Shown here: piece after piece, positions 1 through 10,166 of the stretch
How the letters are laid out: each line of letters begins with the position of its first letter
How positions within the stretch are numbered: the stretch's first letter is position 1
Origin: an uncultured archaeon
GTDB taxonomy: Archaea > Asgardarchaeota > Lokiarchaeia > Sigyniarchaeales > SOKP01
DNA: 42,866 bases
NCBI GenBank assembly: GCA_964583985.1
Contig: CAZOYD010000026.1
Location: forward strand, 1-42,866
Reading direction: 5' to 3'
Made by a program: the position numbers and the translations under genes
Notes under the pieces: generated by a model
The model's database searches: none
The model's input: only the letters and a program-made list of their open reading frames with translations
Told to the model about the DNA's origin: nothing

Positions 1-2
1 TA

Positions 3-512
3 CGTTACGATATGGAAATTGATTTAATGGACGCATTTCATGGAGGAGAAAGAAGAATATCCTATAGAAATCCTGCATCGGGGAAGCAAGAAACATTAAA
101 AGTTAACATTCCAAGAGGAGTCCAAGATCAGCAGAAATTACGTTTAAGTGGAAAAGGGATGCCCGGAACAAACGGTGGAGCTGCTGGCGATTTATATATA
201 AATATTATTATTCGTCCTGATAATAGATTTAAACTAGAAGGTAATGATATATATATTGAACAAGAAATCCCTTTTACTACTGCCATGCTAGGTGGGAAGA
301 TCGAAGTTCCAGGAATAGAAAAATCGATAAGTGTTACCGTCCCTCCTTTGATTAAAGATAATACAATACTGAGATTAAAAAACAAGGGTTTTTATAAAAT
401 AAATTCTGAGGAAAGAGGAAACGAACTTGTAAAAATAAATATTAAAATTCCTCGGAAATTATCCAAGAAACAAAAAGAATTATTGGAACAATTGAAAGAA
501 ACTAATTTATAA
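3..512 (+). CDS. DnaJ/CbpA-like co-chaperone, C-terminal substrate-binding domain (5' partial; frame open to the window edge)
   Basis: KVNIPRGVQDQQKLRLSGKG...GDLY and AMLGGKIEVP are DnaJ_C motifs. No CxxCxGxG zinc finger in the visible part. Directly upstream of clpB. Confidence 0.9.
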   Translation, partial: RYDMEIDLMDAFHGGERRISYRNPASGKQETLKVNIPRGVQDQQKLRLSGKGMPGTNGGAAGDLYINIIIRPDNRFKLEGNDIYIEQEIPFTTAMLGGKIEVPGIEKSISVTVPPLIKDNTILRLKNKGFYKINSEERGNELVKINIKIPRKLSKKQKELLEQLKETNL

Positions 513-526
513 AGGGGTGATCTAAA

Positions 527-3136
527 ATGATGAAATTTGACAAATTTACAATAAAGGTTCAAGAAGCTTTAATGAGTGCTCGATCAATAGCTCAAAATAA
601 TGATAATCAGCAAATTGAGCCCATTCACATTATATTATCCCTCCTTGAGCAACAAGAGGGAATCACAGGTCCACTCTTACAAAAATTAGGAGTTAACCTC
701 AATCAAATTCGAGCTGATTTTGAGAGGGAGCTAACTAAATTGGCAAAAGTTACCGGTTCTGGTGCTACTGACGTTGTCTTGAGTAACAATTCATCAAAAT
801 TATTTGATCTTGCTTGGAAGGAAGCTGAAACTTTGAAAGATCAGTTTTTAAGCACTGAACACTTGATTCTAGCGATGTCACAAATGCAATTGAACGAAAT
901 ATCTCAAATTTTCAAAAAAAATGGTATTACCAAAGATAGACTAATGCAAGCTTTAAAAAGTGTGCGCGGTACACAGACAATAACTGACCAAGATCCCGAA
1001 GGAAAATACCAAGCTATAGAGAAATACAGTAGAAATCTTACTGATTTAGCTCGTCGTGGTAAGATTGATCCGGTTATTGGAAGGGATGATGAAATACGAC
1101 GAGTTATGCATATTCTTTCACGAAGAACTAAAAATAATCCGGTTTTAATTGGGGAAGCAGGAGTAGGAAAGACCGCCATCGTAGAAGGTTTAGCTCAAAG
1201 AATTGCGAATGCTGACGTGCCAGATTCATTAAAGAACAAGGATTTAATAGCAATGGATTTAGCCGCAATGATTGCGGGAGCCAAATATAGAGGGGAATTT
1301 GAAGACAGGTTAAAAGCATTTCTCAAAGAAGTTGAAAAAGGTGAGGGAAAATACATTTTATTTATTGATGAGCTGCACACCCTCGTTGGGGCTGGAGCTG
1401 CGCAAGGTGCCATTGATGCATCAAACATGTTAAAACCGGCACTTGCTCGTGGAGAATTGCGTGCTATTGGAGCAACCACTTTAGATGAATATCGGAAATA
1501 TATCGAAAAAGATGCAGCACTTACCAGGAGATTTCAAACTGTATTAGTATCTGAACCTTCCGTAGAAGATTCAATTGCTATATTAAGAGGCCTTAAAGAA
1601 AAATATGAAATTCATCACGGAGTTCGCATTACTGATTCTGCAATTATTGCAGCAGTAACTTTATCACATAGATATATTGCTGATAGATTCTTGCCCGATA
1701 AAGCGATTGACCTTATGGATGAAGCAGCTTCACGATTAAGAATAGAAATTGATAGCATGCCAACTGAAATCGATGAAATTGAACGAAAAATAATACAATT
1801 AGAAATTCAGAACGAAGCACTGAAAAAAGAAAGCGATATAAAAATTAAAGATAAAATGGCAAAAATAGAGGAAGAATTAAATAACTTGAAAGAGGAGAGC
1901 GATAAACTCAAAATCCAATGGAACAATGAAAAAAAAATCATATCAAGCATCAATGAAATTAAGAAAAAGATAGAGCAAACTAAAATTGAAGCAGAAAAAG
2001 CAGAAAAAAGAGGAGATTTAGGAAAAGCAGCTGAACTTACATACGGTGTATTAAATCAATTGAAAAAAGATTTAGAAAAGAACAACAATGAATTACAAGA
2101 AATACAAAAAAATAAAACAATGTTAAAGCAAGAAGTCGATGATGAAGATATCGCTAAGATAATCTCTCAATGGACGGGGATTCCAGTTTCACGAATGCTT
2201 GAAGGAGAACGGGAAAAATTATTAAAAATGGAACAGCGCTTAAGGGAAAGGGTTGTTGGTCAGGATGAAGCACTGGTCAAGATATCAAATGCTATTCGAA
2301 GAGCAAGGGCAGGAATTCAAGATCCAAATAGACCTTTGGGATCTTTTATATTTCTGGGACCTACTGGTGTAGGTAAGACTGAAACTGCCAAGGCATTAGC
2401 GGAATTTCTCTTTGATAATGAAAATGCTATAATTAGAATTGATATGTCTGAATTCATGGAAAGGCATAGTGTAGCTAGATTAATTGGAGCGCCTCCTGGA
2501 TACGTTGGATATGATGAGGGAGGATACCTCACTGAAGCGGTGAGAAGAAGACCATATTCTGTCATATTATTTGATGAAATTGAAAAGGCACATCAAGATG
2601 TTTTTAATGTGTTACTCCAAATTCTTGATGACGGCCGCTTGACTGATGGTCATGGTAGAACCGTTGATTTTAAAAACACGATCATAATAATGACCAGCAA
2701 TGTTGGAAGTCAATTTATCATCGATTCAAGAAGTCAAGATAATCAAAAAACACAGGAAATTATATTTAACACGTTGAAGCAGTATTTCAAGCCAGAATTC
2801 CTTAATCGGATTGATGAGATAATCATCTTCAATTTCTTGGAAAAATCTCAAATAAAGAACATAGTTAACATCCAAATTGCCAAATTAAATAAGTCCCTAG
2901 CAGAACACAAGTTAAAAATCGTCTTAACAGAAAAAGCTAAGGAATTTCTTGCCGATATTGGCTTTGATCCCGATTTTGGAGCACGACCATTGAAGCGTGC
3001 TATTCAAAATCACATCCAAAATCAATTATCCTTGAAATTATTAGAAGGAGATTTTGTAGACGGGGATTTGATTGAAGTAAATGTGAATGATAAGAAAGAA
3101 ATCTCTTTCAAAAAAATAGGAAACATAGATTTCTGA
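527..3136 (+). CDS. clpB: ATP-dependent disaggregase ClpB
   Basis: Clp N-domain, NBD1 ([15 protein letters not shown]), coiled-coil M domain, NBD2 ([33 protein letters not shown]); 869 aa. GGGGTGA SD upstream. Confidence 0.97.
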   Translation: MMKFDKFTIKVQEALMSARSIAQNNDNQQIEPIHIILSLLEQQEGITGPLLQKLGVNLNQIRADFERELTKLAKVTGSGATDVVLSNNSSKLFDLAWKEAETLKDQFLSTEHLILAMSQMQLNEISQIFKKNGITKDRLMQALKSVRGTQTITDQDPEGKYQAIEKYSRNLTDLARRGKIDPVIGRDDEIRRVMHILSRRTKNNPVLIGEAGVGKTAIVEGLAQRIANADVPDSLKNKDLIAMDLAAMIAGAKYRGEFEDRLKAFLKEVEKGEGKYILFIDELHTLVGAGAAQGAIDASNMLKPALARGELRAIGATTLDEYRKYIEKDAALTRRFQTVLVSEPSVEDSIAILRGLKEKYEIHHGVRITDSAIIAAVTLSHRYIADRFLPDKAIDLMDEAASRLRIEIDSMPTEIDEIERKIIQLEIQNEALKKESDIKIKDKMAKIEEELNNLKEESDKLKIQWNNEKKIISSINEIKKKIEQTKIEAEKAEKRGDLGKAAELTYGVLNQLKKDLEKNNNELQEIQKNKTMLKQEVDDEDIAKIISQWTGIPVSRMLEGEREKLLKMEQRLRERVVGQDEALVKISNAIRRARAGIQDPNRPLGSFIFLGPTGVGKTETAKALAEFLFDNENAIIRIDMSEFMERHSVARLIGAPPGYVGYDEGGYLTEAVRRRPYSVILFDEIEKAHQDVFNVLLQILDDGRLTDGHGRTVDFKNTIIIMTSNVGSQFIIDSRSQDNQKTQEIIFNTLKQYFKPEFLNRIDEIIIFNFLEKSQIKNIVNIQIAKLNKSLAEHKLKIVLTEKAKEFLADIGFDPDFGARPLKRAIQNHIQNQLSLKLLEGDFVDGDLIEVNVNDKKEISFKKIGNIDF

Positions 3137-3259
3137 TTTTTCTCTATTAAAAAAGCTCATATTAGATGGCATAGCACACATTTTGGGATCATTTTTTATT
3201 AAAAAAGAAGAAAAACACTTGTTTTTTATGTATTTATTATTTCTGCTCTAAAATTCTAC

Positions 3260-3651
3260 TTATTTCTTATTTTGAGACATTAAAAATTCAATAAATGAAA
3301 TTGCTATGATGAGATCAATGCTTCCAAGTAAAACTATTAATATATTTAAGTCTCCAATAAAAGAGTAAATTAACCTCATTAGGAAAAAGGATAATTTAGC
3401 CAGACCTCCAATAAGTATCAATCCATAATTCTTTGTAATATCCTGACTCACTATTATATAACCTACTCCTAAGAGCATTATTAGAATTAAAGATAATTGT
3501 AATCAAATCATACTAGGGGGTATATCTACTCCAAAAAGGGGAAAGGATCAGTAGCAAAAATAGATATCAAAATAAAGATCACTGAATTAATGATGTTGTA
3601 TAAAGCCGCAACAATAAACAATATTTTATAATATTTTTCTTTATACATCAT
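3260..3651 (-). pseudogene. Disrupted small multi-pass membrane protein
   Basis: MMYKEKYYKILFIVAALYNIINSVIFILISIFATD joins FPLFGVDIPPSMI*LQLSLILIMLLGVGY... only through a 1-nt frameshift near 3545 and an in-frame TGA at 3503-3505. Confidence 0.65.
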
Positions 3652-3736
3652 TATTCATCTATATGTTATTGATTGATTTTAATTTGATGTGATTTTATTT
3701 AAAAACATAACAAATTGATTTTTAGATGATGAAAAG

Positions 3737-4309
3737 ATGACTGAAGAAAAGATGTTTTTCATAGAACCCCACATTATAGATCTATCTAATGTAGAATTAA
3801 AGGGAAGAATTTTGGATGTTGGAGGTGGAGGTGAGGGAATTATTGGAATTTATAAAGGAAGCCAGGTAATTGCAATAGATCGCAAAAAAAGCGAATTAGA
3901 AGAAGCTGCTGAAGGAGATTATTTAAAGATCATTATGGATGCGAAGGATTTGCAATTTTTGGATAATACTTTCGAGACAGCAACAGCATTTTATATGTTC
4001 ATGTATGTTCCAATGGAGAATCGTAGAGAAATTTTCAAAGAGATTTTTCGTGTATTGAAAAAAGGGGGAGAATTTGTTTTATGGGACATGGTTATCCCTA
4101 TAAAAGGAAAAAGTAAGAAAGAATTATATGGTACAAAAGTTAAAGTAATAATTGGAGATAAAGAAATTGATACCGGATATGGCACCCATTGGAATAAAGA
4201 ACAAGATCTTAAATATTTTGTTGATTTAGGCAAAACTATTGGATTTACAACCTCTTCAAGCCAAGAAGCTGAGAACAAAATCTTTATTAGATTTCAAAAG
4301 CCAAATTAA
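3737..4309 (+). CDS. Class I SAM-dependent methyltransferase
   Basis: Motif I ILDVGGGGEG, MDAKDLQFLDNTFE, EIFRVLKKGG. Confidence 0.9.
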   Translation: MTEEKMFFIEPHIIDLSNVELKGRILDVGGGGEGIIGIYKGSQVIAIDRKKSELEEAAEGDYLKIIMDAKDLQFLDNTFETATAFYMFMYVPMENRREIFKEIFRVLKKGGEFVLWDMVIPIKGKSKKELYGTKVKVIIGDKEIDTGYGTHWNKEQDLKYFVDLGKTIGFTTSSSQEAENKIFIRFQKPN

Positions 4310-4448
4310 TTTCTACAATCTGGATTAATCTACTAATTTTAAATTCTTATTTTGATATTATAGGGAAGGTAAATCATTCAAGAAAACAAATAAATATTTG
4401 GAACTAAATTAATTATTAATGGTATAAGGTTTTGCAATTATATTTCTA

Positions 4449-4898
4449 TTGAATTCAATGGTCAATCGTGAGCCTTTAAGTTCGTTAATTTCAATTTTAG
4501 AACAAGACGATGATAAATTCATCCCAGTTTTAGAGAAAATCATTAAAGCTGGAATATACATTGTAAATAATGCAGAAGAACTTCATGAAGAGTTATCGGG
4601 TTATGATGATATATATCAAACCAGTATACTTGATGTAGGCTATAATTATTGGCTTGATGTATTAGAAGGTAAATTATACTATAAAAAAGGCTTCAATCCT
4701 GAAGCAACGTTCAAGGTAAGCTATACCAAGAAATTGATAATTCAAATTTTAAAAGGGGAAATTAGTGGAACTGATGCTTTCATGAAAGGTCAACTCAGGG
4801 TAGAAGGAGATCTTTCCCAAGGACTACACTATGTTAAAATTTTTAGGCTTTTTGTTAAGTATCTCAAGAAAAAAAATGGTTTAAATCGTACTGAATAA
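4449..4898 (+). CDS. SCP2 sterol/lipid-binding domain protein
   Basis: C-terminal ILKGEISGTDAFMKGQLRVEGDL matches the SCP2 signature. Start may be ATG 4458. Confidence 0.8.
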   Translation: MNSMVNREPLSSLISILEQDDDKFIPVLEKIIKAGIYIVNNAEELHEELSGYDDIYQTSILDVGYNYWLDVLEGKLYYKKGFNPEATFKVSYTKKLIIQILKGEISGTDAFMKGQLRVEGDLSQGLHYVKIFRLFVKYLKKKNGLNRTE

Positions 4899-5010
4899 TT
4901 ACTCTCATATTATATAACTATTTATAGTACCGAATTTTATAACGATCATAGAATTAACACCAATACTCCAAATTTAGTGGATCACGATTAAAAACACGTT
5001 ATTAACTTCC

Positions 5011-5463
5011 ATGATAGATACAAAAGTCATTGATTTAGTTTTGAACTCATTAGAAACCTCAGAAGATATTTTTAGGAATTCCGTAGATAAATTCATTAAA
5101 GTAGGAATAAAAATTGCAAATGACTCTGAAGAAATCACGGATGAATTGAAGTTATATAATGACATGATCTTCCACTTGTACATAACAGATCTTGACCTAA
5201 ATATATGGATAAAAAGTATTGATGGCATGCTCAGTTACAATAATAATCTTTATGAAATAATTCCTGATAATGTTCACGTGCTTCACTCTTTCCTATCGAA
5301 AAGAATCATCGCCAAAATATTAAGACAAGAGATGAGCGTTTCTGAAGCATACCTTAAAGGGCATATTCAATTAGAAGGTAAAATTTCTGATGCTATTATC
5401 TCAAAGAATATTCTAAACTTGTTTTTCTCGTACATTAACTACTTCATGAAACTAAATAAATAA
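5011..5463 (+). CDS. SCP2-like domain protein (divergent paralog of upstream gene)
   Basis: ILRQEMSVSEAYLKGHIQLEGKI. Aligns by eye with 4449-4898 (IKVGIKIANDSEEITDEL vs IKAGIYIVNNAEELHEEL). Confidence 0.7.
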   Translation: MIDTKVIDLVLNSLETSEDIFRNSVDKFIKVGIKIANDSEEITDELKLYNDMIFHLYITDLDLNIWIKSIDGMLSYNNNLYEIIPDNVHVLHSFLSKRIIAKILRQEMSVSEAYLKGHIQLEGKISDAIISKNILNLFFSYINYFMKLNK

Positions 5464-5533
5464 AATTCATATTCAAACCTTAATTCATAATTCCGAATTG
5501 GGATTATTTTTCTAATTCAAAAATTATAAGACC

Positions 5534-5926
5534 ATGACTCCAAAGCTATTCAAGAAACGCAAGGAAGAAATACTAAAGAAATTCGAAGGTCAGAAAGTTC
5601 TAAAAGCTTTTGAAAGTGCAAATTTCTTTGGATTAGAATCAAAAGGTGTAAAGCAAGTAAGGGGGAATGGTATTCTTGTTTTAACTAAAGAAAAATTATT
5701 TTTTGAAATGTGGGTAAAACCCAAAACAATAATCGAAATACCTATAAAAACAATTAAAGAAATAAATGTTGTGAAAGCACATTTATATAAAAGCAGATTT
5801 AAACCACTCTTAAAGGTCTTTTTTATCAATGGATTAGGTGAGCGTGATTCTGTTGCTTGGATGGTTAATAACCTTGAAGAGTGGAGAAATGCACTTGAAA
5901 AATTAATTTTTCACCAAAATCGATAG
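5534..5926 (+). CDS. PH/GRAM-like domain protein
   Basis: GNGILVLTKEKLFF...IEIPIKTIKEI...EEWRNALEK pattern is typical of PH-fold domains. Confidence 0.55.
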   Translation: MTPKLFKKRKEEILKKFEGQKVLKAFESANFFGLESKGVKQVRGNGILVLTKEKLFFEMWVKPKTIIEIPIKTIKEINVVKAHLYKSRFKPLLKVFFINGLGERDSVAWMVNNLEEWRNALEKLIFHQNR

Positions 5927-5977
5927 TAAGATTTTTTAGAAGTCAACAATAGAAATAACATAACCTTCCTGTTTTTT

Positions 5978-6081
5978 GGGCCTGTAATCTAGCATGGATA
6001 GGGTACCCGCCTTCGGAGTGGGATTAGCTCGTGAAAAAACATGAGTTCCCAAAGTCGCAGGTTCGAATCCTGCCAGGCTCA
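5978..6081 (+). tRNA. tRNA-Arg(UCG) with a 29-nt intron (6025-6053) in the variable loop
   Basis: Acceptor GGGCCTG/CAGGCTC. Anticodon arm CCCGC-CT-TCG-GA-GTGGG (TCG at 6013-6015). T arm GCAGG-TTCGAAT-CCTGC. Removing 6025-6053 leaves a 5-nt variable loop and a 75-nt tRNA. Confidence 0.93.
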
Positions 6082-6433
6082 CTTTACATAATCAGATAGT
6101 TTCTGACTTATATTTTAAGATATTATTAATAAAACATAATTATCTTTTAATTTGGATTGATTTCCAAGCATATATTCCATATTTTAGATGCACCATTTTC
6201 ATAATGTGTTTTTTGTTTACAAAAAGTGTAATTTAATTAATTTAATAGTATATTAAAAAATAGTCTATTTTCCTTTTATTCTATTATATAAAGGGTAAAG
6301 GAGTGAAAAATTGTAGCAAAAGTACAAATTAAATGTGAAAACGAAAAACTTTATATATGCAAAAAATAATTAAATTATTAGTACAAAAAATAGATTTATT
6401 AACACAAATTTCGTTTTTTACCACAAATAGGAA

Positions 6434-7237
6434 ATGATAGTTTTAGAAAACCCTTTTCAGGATTTAGTAACTGATACTAAAAACCTCGAGTTGCTTGGTT
6501 TAGGATTAGTTTCAATGACTCCGCATAAATTTAATATCATTCTCATGAAAGGGATCAATTCTTCACTGTTGAATAAGTTAATTCAAAATTATAGCGCGGC
6601 AATTATTAAAAAAGAAGAGGGAAAGCTTTTAGACTTAATTGGACCATATACTGTATATATTCATTTCTTTAAGGTAAATACAGGAACGTTATCGATATTT
6701 TACGTCAATGAGAAAGACAAACTGATCAGATATGATGATCTATGTTTACTTTCAAGTCAAATTGTCAGTAATTTTTGCTTAAATCACTCTAAATCAGATT
6801 TAAATGCAATTTGTTCGAAAGTAGTAGCAAATTTACCGAATATTTCCGTTTCTGCAATTTTTATTGTCAGCAGTGCAGGGCATTCATTATTTTCTAAGAT
6901 CAAGCCCGAGAATGATTTTTTGAAAAAAAATATCATTCAAATTGGAGGATTTATTTCAGCAATGTTTACGTTTTCAAGCGAAATAATAGGAAAAGACTCA
7001 GGCGATCATCTTAGAGCAATAAATTTTGAAAATCGTCAATTTCTTGTTACCATGAAAAATGATGTCATTTTCGCGTGTTTCACCGATAAGCTTAATCCAA
7101 AAGAGATAAAGAAAAATATCGATCTAATAGTAGAGGAATTTTTTGATCGTTATGATGAGCGAGTAAAGAATTTTGATGGAGATGTAAGCATTTTTAACGA
7201 ATTTGAATGCGTGATCGATAAATATTTCAAAATTTAA
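6434..7237 (+). CDS. Longin-domain protein (C-terminal longin-like domain)
   Basis: SAIFIVSSAGHSLFSK, IGGFISAMFTFSSE, INFENRQFL, IVEEFFDRY...FDGDVSIFNEF pattern as in Asgard longin proteins. Confidence 0.65.
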   Translation: MIVLENPFQDLVTDTKNLELLGLGLVSMTPHKFNIILMKGINSSLLNKLIQNYSAAIIKKEEGKLLDLIGPYTVYIHFFKVNTGTLSIFYVNEKDKLIRYDDLCLLSSQIVSNFCLNHSKSDLNAICSKVVANLPNISVSAIFIVSSAGHSLFSKIKPENDFLKKNIIQIGGFISAMFTFSSEIIGKDSGDHLRAINFENRQFLVTMKNDVIFACFTDKLNPKEIKKNIDLIVEEFFDRYDERVKNFDGDVSIFNEFECVIDKYFKI

Positions 7238-7305
7238 GGTTTAAGCCACTAAAAAAGAATTAATGACATAAATATTTAAGATTAAAATTTATATTAATTA
7301 TAATC

Positions 7306-7665
7306 ATGACGGTTCTATTTAACCCAGACTCAATCTTAAATAATTTAATAGATGAATTTGGTCCGTCATTGTATTTCGTTTTAATAGCCACGCTGAATGG
7401 TGTAGTGATGAAATCCTATATCAACGAAGAGGAATTTAACAAAGCGTCCATTTCTTTAAATATATCACAACTTTATGATTTAGCAGAAGAAACTACGGAA
7501 GCAATAGGATTACATGATCCTGATTTTAATATTATTCATTCTGATAATTATTATATTTTAACAATCAAATTACTCGAGAGATTAATCATCCTTCTCACCG
7601 TGGATCAAATAAATGTTGATGATGTGTTTTCTATAATAAACAAATCTGTAAATGTAGAACCTTGA
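7306..7665 (+). CDS. Roadblock/LC7 (MglB-like) domain protein
   Basis: 119 aa with helix, VLIATLNGVVMKS hairpin, long helix and three beta strands, the roadblock topology. Confidence 0.6.
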   Translation: MTVLFNPDSILNNLIDEFGPSLYFVLIATLNGVVMKSYINEEEFNKASISLNISQLYDLAEETTEAIGLHDPDFNIIHSDNYYILTIKLLERLIILLTVDQINVDDVFSIINKSVNVEP

Positions 7666-7792
7666 ATCCTTATTTAATAAATATTTTTAAATAACATTAA
7701 TTTTACCTCATGTTCAAATATTGGTCCATTCAACTTATAATTATGGGCATATATTTTTTAGAGTAATAAATAACATTAGGATGTGAAATTAA

Positions 7793-8299
7793 TTGAAATA
7801 TGAAAAAAATCAATACTCTGAAGGTTTCAGCATATGCGGGTTGGTAATCGCAGGAATTTTTTTATATTGGGGATTTAATTCACTTTTTAACGGTTTTTGG
7901 TTTGGAATAGGTCATAATCCATTTAATCTATGGTGGTTAGGATTTATTTGGATTTTTATTGGATTAGCGATAATTTCAGGACAAATTCATGCTCTTTCGA
8001 ATAGAAGCCATCTACGTGGTATTGTTAAGGGTTATTTTGATGATAATCCAAATGCTAGCGTGGAAGAAATTGCCATCGACTCTGGAATTTCGATTAAAGA
8101 TACACAGGCCATCATTCTGGATTTAAAAGCACGTGGAGAATTGAGAGGCAAGTTCTCAACTAAAACGGGTCAATTGAAAACGGTTATAAAGGATGAGCAA
8201 ATTGCTGAACCGCAAAAACAAGCCTTTTGTCCAAATTGTGGCACGCCTGTTAAAGAAGGAAGTGCAATATATTGCGCTTACTGTGGATCTCGGCTTTAA
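7793..8299 (+). CDS. Membrane protein with winged-helix-like region and C-terminal double zinc ribbon
   Basis: Two hydrophobic segments, PNASVEEIAIDSGIS HTH-like stretch, CPNCG...CAYCG. TTG start. Confidence 0.75.
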   Translation: MKYEKNQYSEGFSICGLVIAGIFLYWGFNSLFNGFWFGIGHNPFNLWWLGFIWIFIGLAIISGQIHALSNRSHLRGIVKGYFDDNPNASVEEIAIDSGISIKDTQAIILDLKARGELRGKFSTKTGQLKTVIKDEQIAEPQKQAFCPNCGTPVKEGSAIYCAYCGSRL

Positions 8300-8440
8300 A
8301 TTTTACTTTTTTTATTTCTTCTACATTTTTTTATTCTAAAAATTAAAAAGTCTTTTATTCAATTATTGGACTACGTAACTCATAAGTAGTAATTTTTATT
8401 CAATTTTTATAAGTATAAAATACTTCTATGGTGAATTATC

Positions 8441-8938
8441 ATCAAATATAAAAGAAATCAATACTCTGAAGGATTTTCCATTTGTTCTTTAATTATTGCA
8501 GGTATGTTTTTCTATTGGAGTTTTACCACCCTTATCCAATGGTATTTCAATTGGTGGGGATACATATTGCTAGGAATAGGCATTGCAATTGTTGCAGGTC
8601 AAATTACTGCTTTAGCAAATCGAAGCAAGCTTAGAAATGTAGTTTCTCATGAATTCATGGTAAATCCTAATGTTTCTGTTGAAGAAATTAGTGCAATTAC
8701 AGGAATTTCAGTAAAAGATATAAGAGCTATCATATTAGATCTAAAAGCGGACGGGAGATTGAGAGGAAATTTCTCAACTACGACTGGAGAAGCTAAAGCA
8801 ATGGAAGTTGTTCAATCTAAACCAATAGTTGAACCAAAGCCACCAAAAGAAGAGGGAAATCTTTATTGTCCTAATTGTGGCACACCTGTATCCCGGGATT
8901 CGGCAGTTTATTGTGCTTACTGCGGTAGTAAACTATAA
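8441..8938 (+). CDS. Tandem paralog of 7793-8299 (TM + HTH-like + double zinc ribbon); probable non-AUG start
   Basis: Frame is open from 8435. ATC-AAA-TAT-AAA-AGA-AAT-CAA-TAC-TCT-GAA-GGA aligns with the paralog's N-terminus. GGTGA at 8430-8434. First ATG only at 8504. Confidence 0.7.
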   Translation: MKYKRNQYSEGFSICSLIIAGMFFYWSFTTLIQWYFNWWGYILLGIGIAIVAGQITALANRSKLRNVVSHEFMVNPNVSVEEISAITGISVKDIRAIILDLKADGRLRGNFSTTTGEAKAMEVVQSKPIVEPKPPKEEGNLYCPNCGTPVSRDSAVYCAYCGSKL

Positions 8939-9096
8939 ATTACTATTTTTTTTATCTTTTTCTTTATTTTTCATTCTTATGTAATAAGATTGAATATTGT
9001 TATAGAATACTATTTTCGCCTTTTAATGACTAAGATTAGATTTAAAAGAAGGAAATTGGTTTAATATGAAAAAATAGAAAAAATAATTGAAATTTT

Positions 9097-10065
9097 TTAT
9101 GGTGGATATCTCAATTCGTAGATGCTTTTACCGCCATTTAATGGTCCTTTAATATATGGTTTGATGTCTTTGGAATCGCGTTGAGTGATTCCTTCAGTTG
9201 GAGGTAATTCACCGGGAGGAAATGTTTTTAGAATATCATTTACTAATTTTTCTAAGTAATCTAAGAATGCTTCCATTCCAGGTTTTCCTTTTTCAAAAGT
9301 TGCTTTACTTGGGCAGCCTACATGACCCTCGGGATATGCAGAAACTTCAATAGGTCCAAAACCTACTTGCCCATACCATCGTATTGGTTTTTGATATACA
9401 TTTCCAGCTTTATCAACGTGACCTTCTGGCATCCATCCTACAACTTCATTATCTTCGCAAGCATCTATTTTTTTGAGCAATTCAGGAAACAAGGTCATTG
9501 AAAAAGAAGTCTCTGCTTCATCAGCATGGATAAAAGGAGTTTCAAATGGACCACCATGTTCTTTATCTTTACAGTATTCAGGAATGGCATGATACCAATT
9601 AACGTTACAAATAACCGCGGGTAATTGGTAATTCTTTGCCCATTCATGGATAGCGCTTGGGATGACATATTCTTGACCGTGTCCGTTTAATAATATCATC
9701 TTTCGAAAACCCATATTCCAACATCCTGCCATGATAGCCCTTAACAATCCCTTGAAAATATCTTCTGGTACTATGATAGTGCCGGGCATCCCTAAATGAT
9801 GATATGGGTGACTTCCATACCATGTTGGTTGAGCTACAGTACATCCCGTTTTCTGAGCAACGAGTTCTGCCATTCTAGTTACTAAAAAAGTGTCTTCTCC
9901 TATACATGCAGCAGGCCCATGATTTTCTGTAGATCCAGTGGGGATAATAATGACATCGTTTTTAGTAACTCTTTCTTTTATTTCTTCGATTGACATGGTT
10001 TGAAGATATATCCCATCTGGTAAGTCCATATGCCCTCCAGAGGGAGGTAGATTCCATTTTGTCAT
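9097..10065 (-). CDS. iolN: Creatininase-family amidohydrolase, probable 3-dehydro-scyllo-inosose hydrolase
   Basis: GSTENHG, GEDT, HHLGMPGT, NGHGQE, FIHADEAETS motifs. Divergent from an iolO-like gene; iolM-like gene also in the window. Confidence 0.8.
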   Translation of the reverse strand: MTKWNLPPSGGHMDLPDGIYLQTMSIEEIKERVTKNDVIIIPTGSTENHGPAACIGEDTFLVTRMAELVAQKTGCTVAQPTWYGSHPYHHLGMPGTIIVPEDIFKGLLRAIMAGCWNMGFRKMILLNGHGQEYVIPSAIHEWAKNYQLPAVICNVNWYHAIPEYCKDKEHGGPFETPFIHADEAETSFSMTLFPELLKKIDACEDNEVVGWMPEGHVDKAGNVYQKPIRWYGQVGFGPIEVSAYPEGHVGCPSKATFEKGKPGMEAFLDYLEKLVNDILKTFPPGELPPTEGITQRDSKDIKPYIKGPLNGGKSIYELRYPP

Positions 10066-10166
10066 TTTATCTTACACCTCTTCATATCAGTTTTTAATTA
10101 TTATAGTAGTAAATTATCTCATATCTGTTAAATTTTTTTAATGATAGTAGATATTAGGTATTAGAA

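Noticed and set aside
128-2565. Several minus-strand ORFs within dnaJ/clpB, and similar shadow ORFs elsewhere (3991, 4974, 5590, 9644, 11164, 15188, 19102, 23789, 27227, 28007, 30428, 31613, 32892, 35333, 36151, 36829, 38062, 40714, 41556)
   Set aside because: Antisense or alternate-frame shadows of better-supported genes, with no recognisable motifs.
3503-3505. In-frame TGA as selenocysteine, or a BHB intron in the 3260-3651 gene
   Set aside because: Hydrophobic context fits a TGG-to-TGA mutation. The gene also has a 1-nt deletion rather than an insertion, and no BHB fold was seen.
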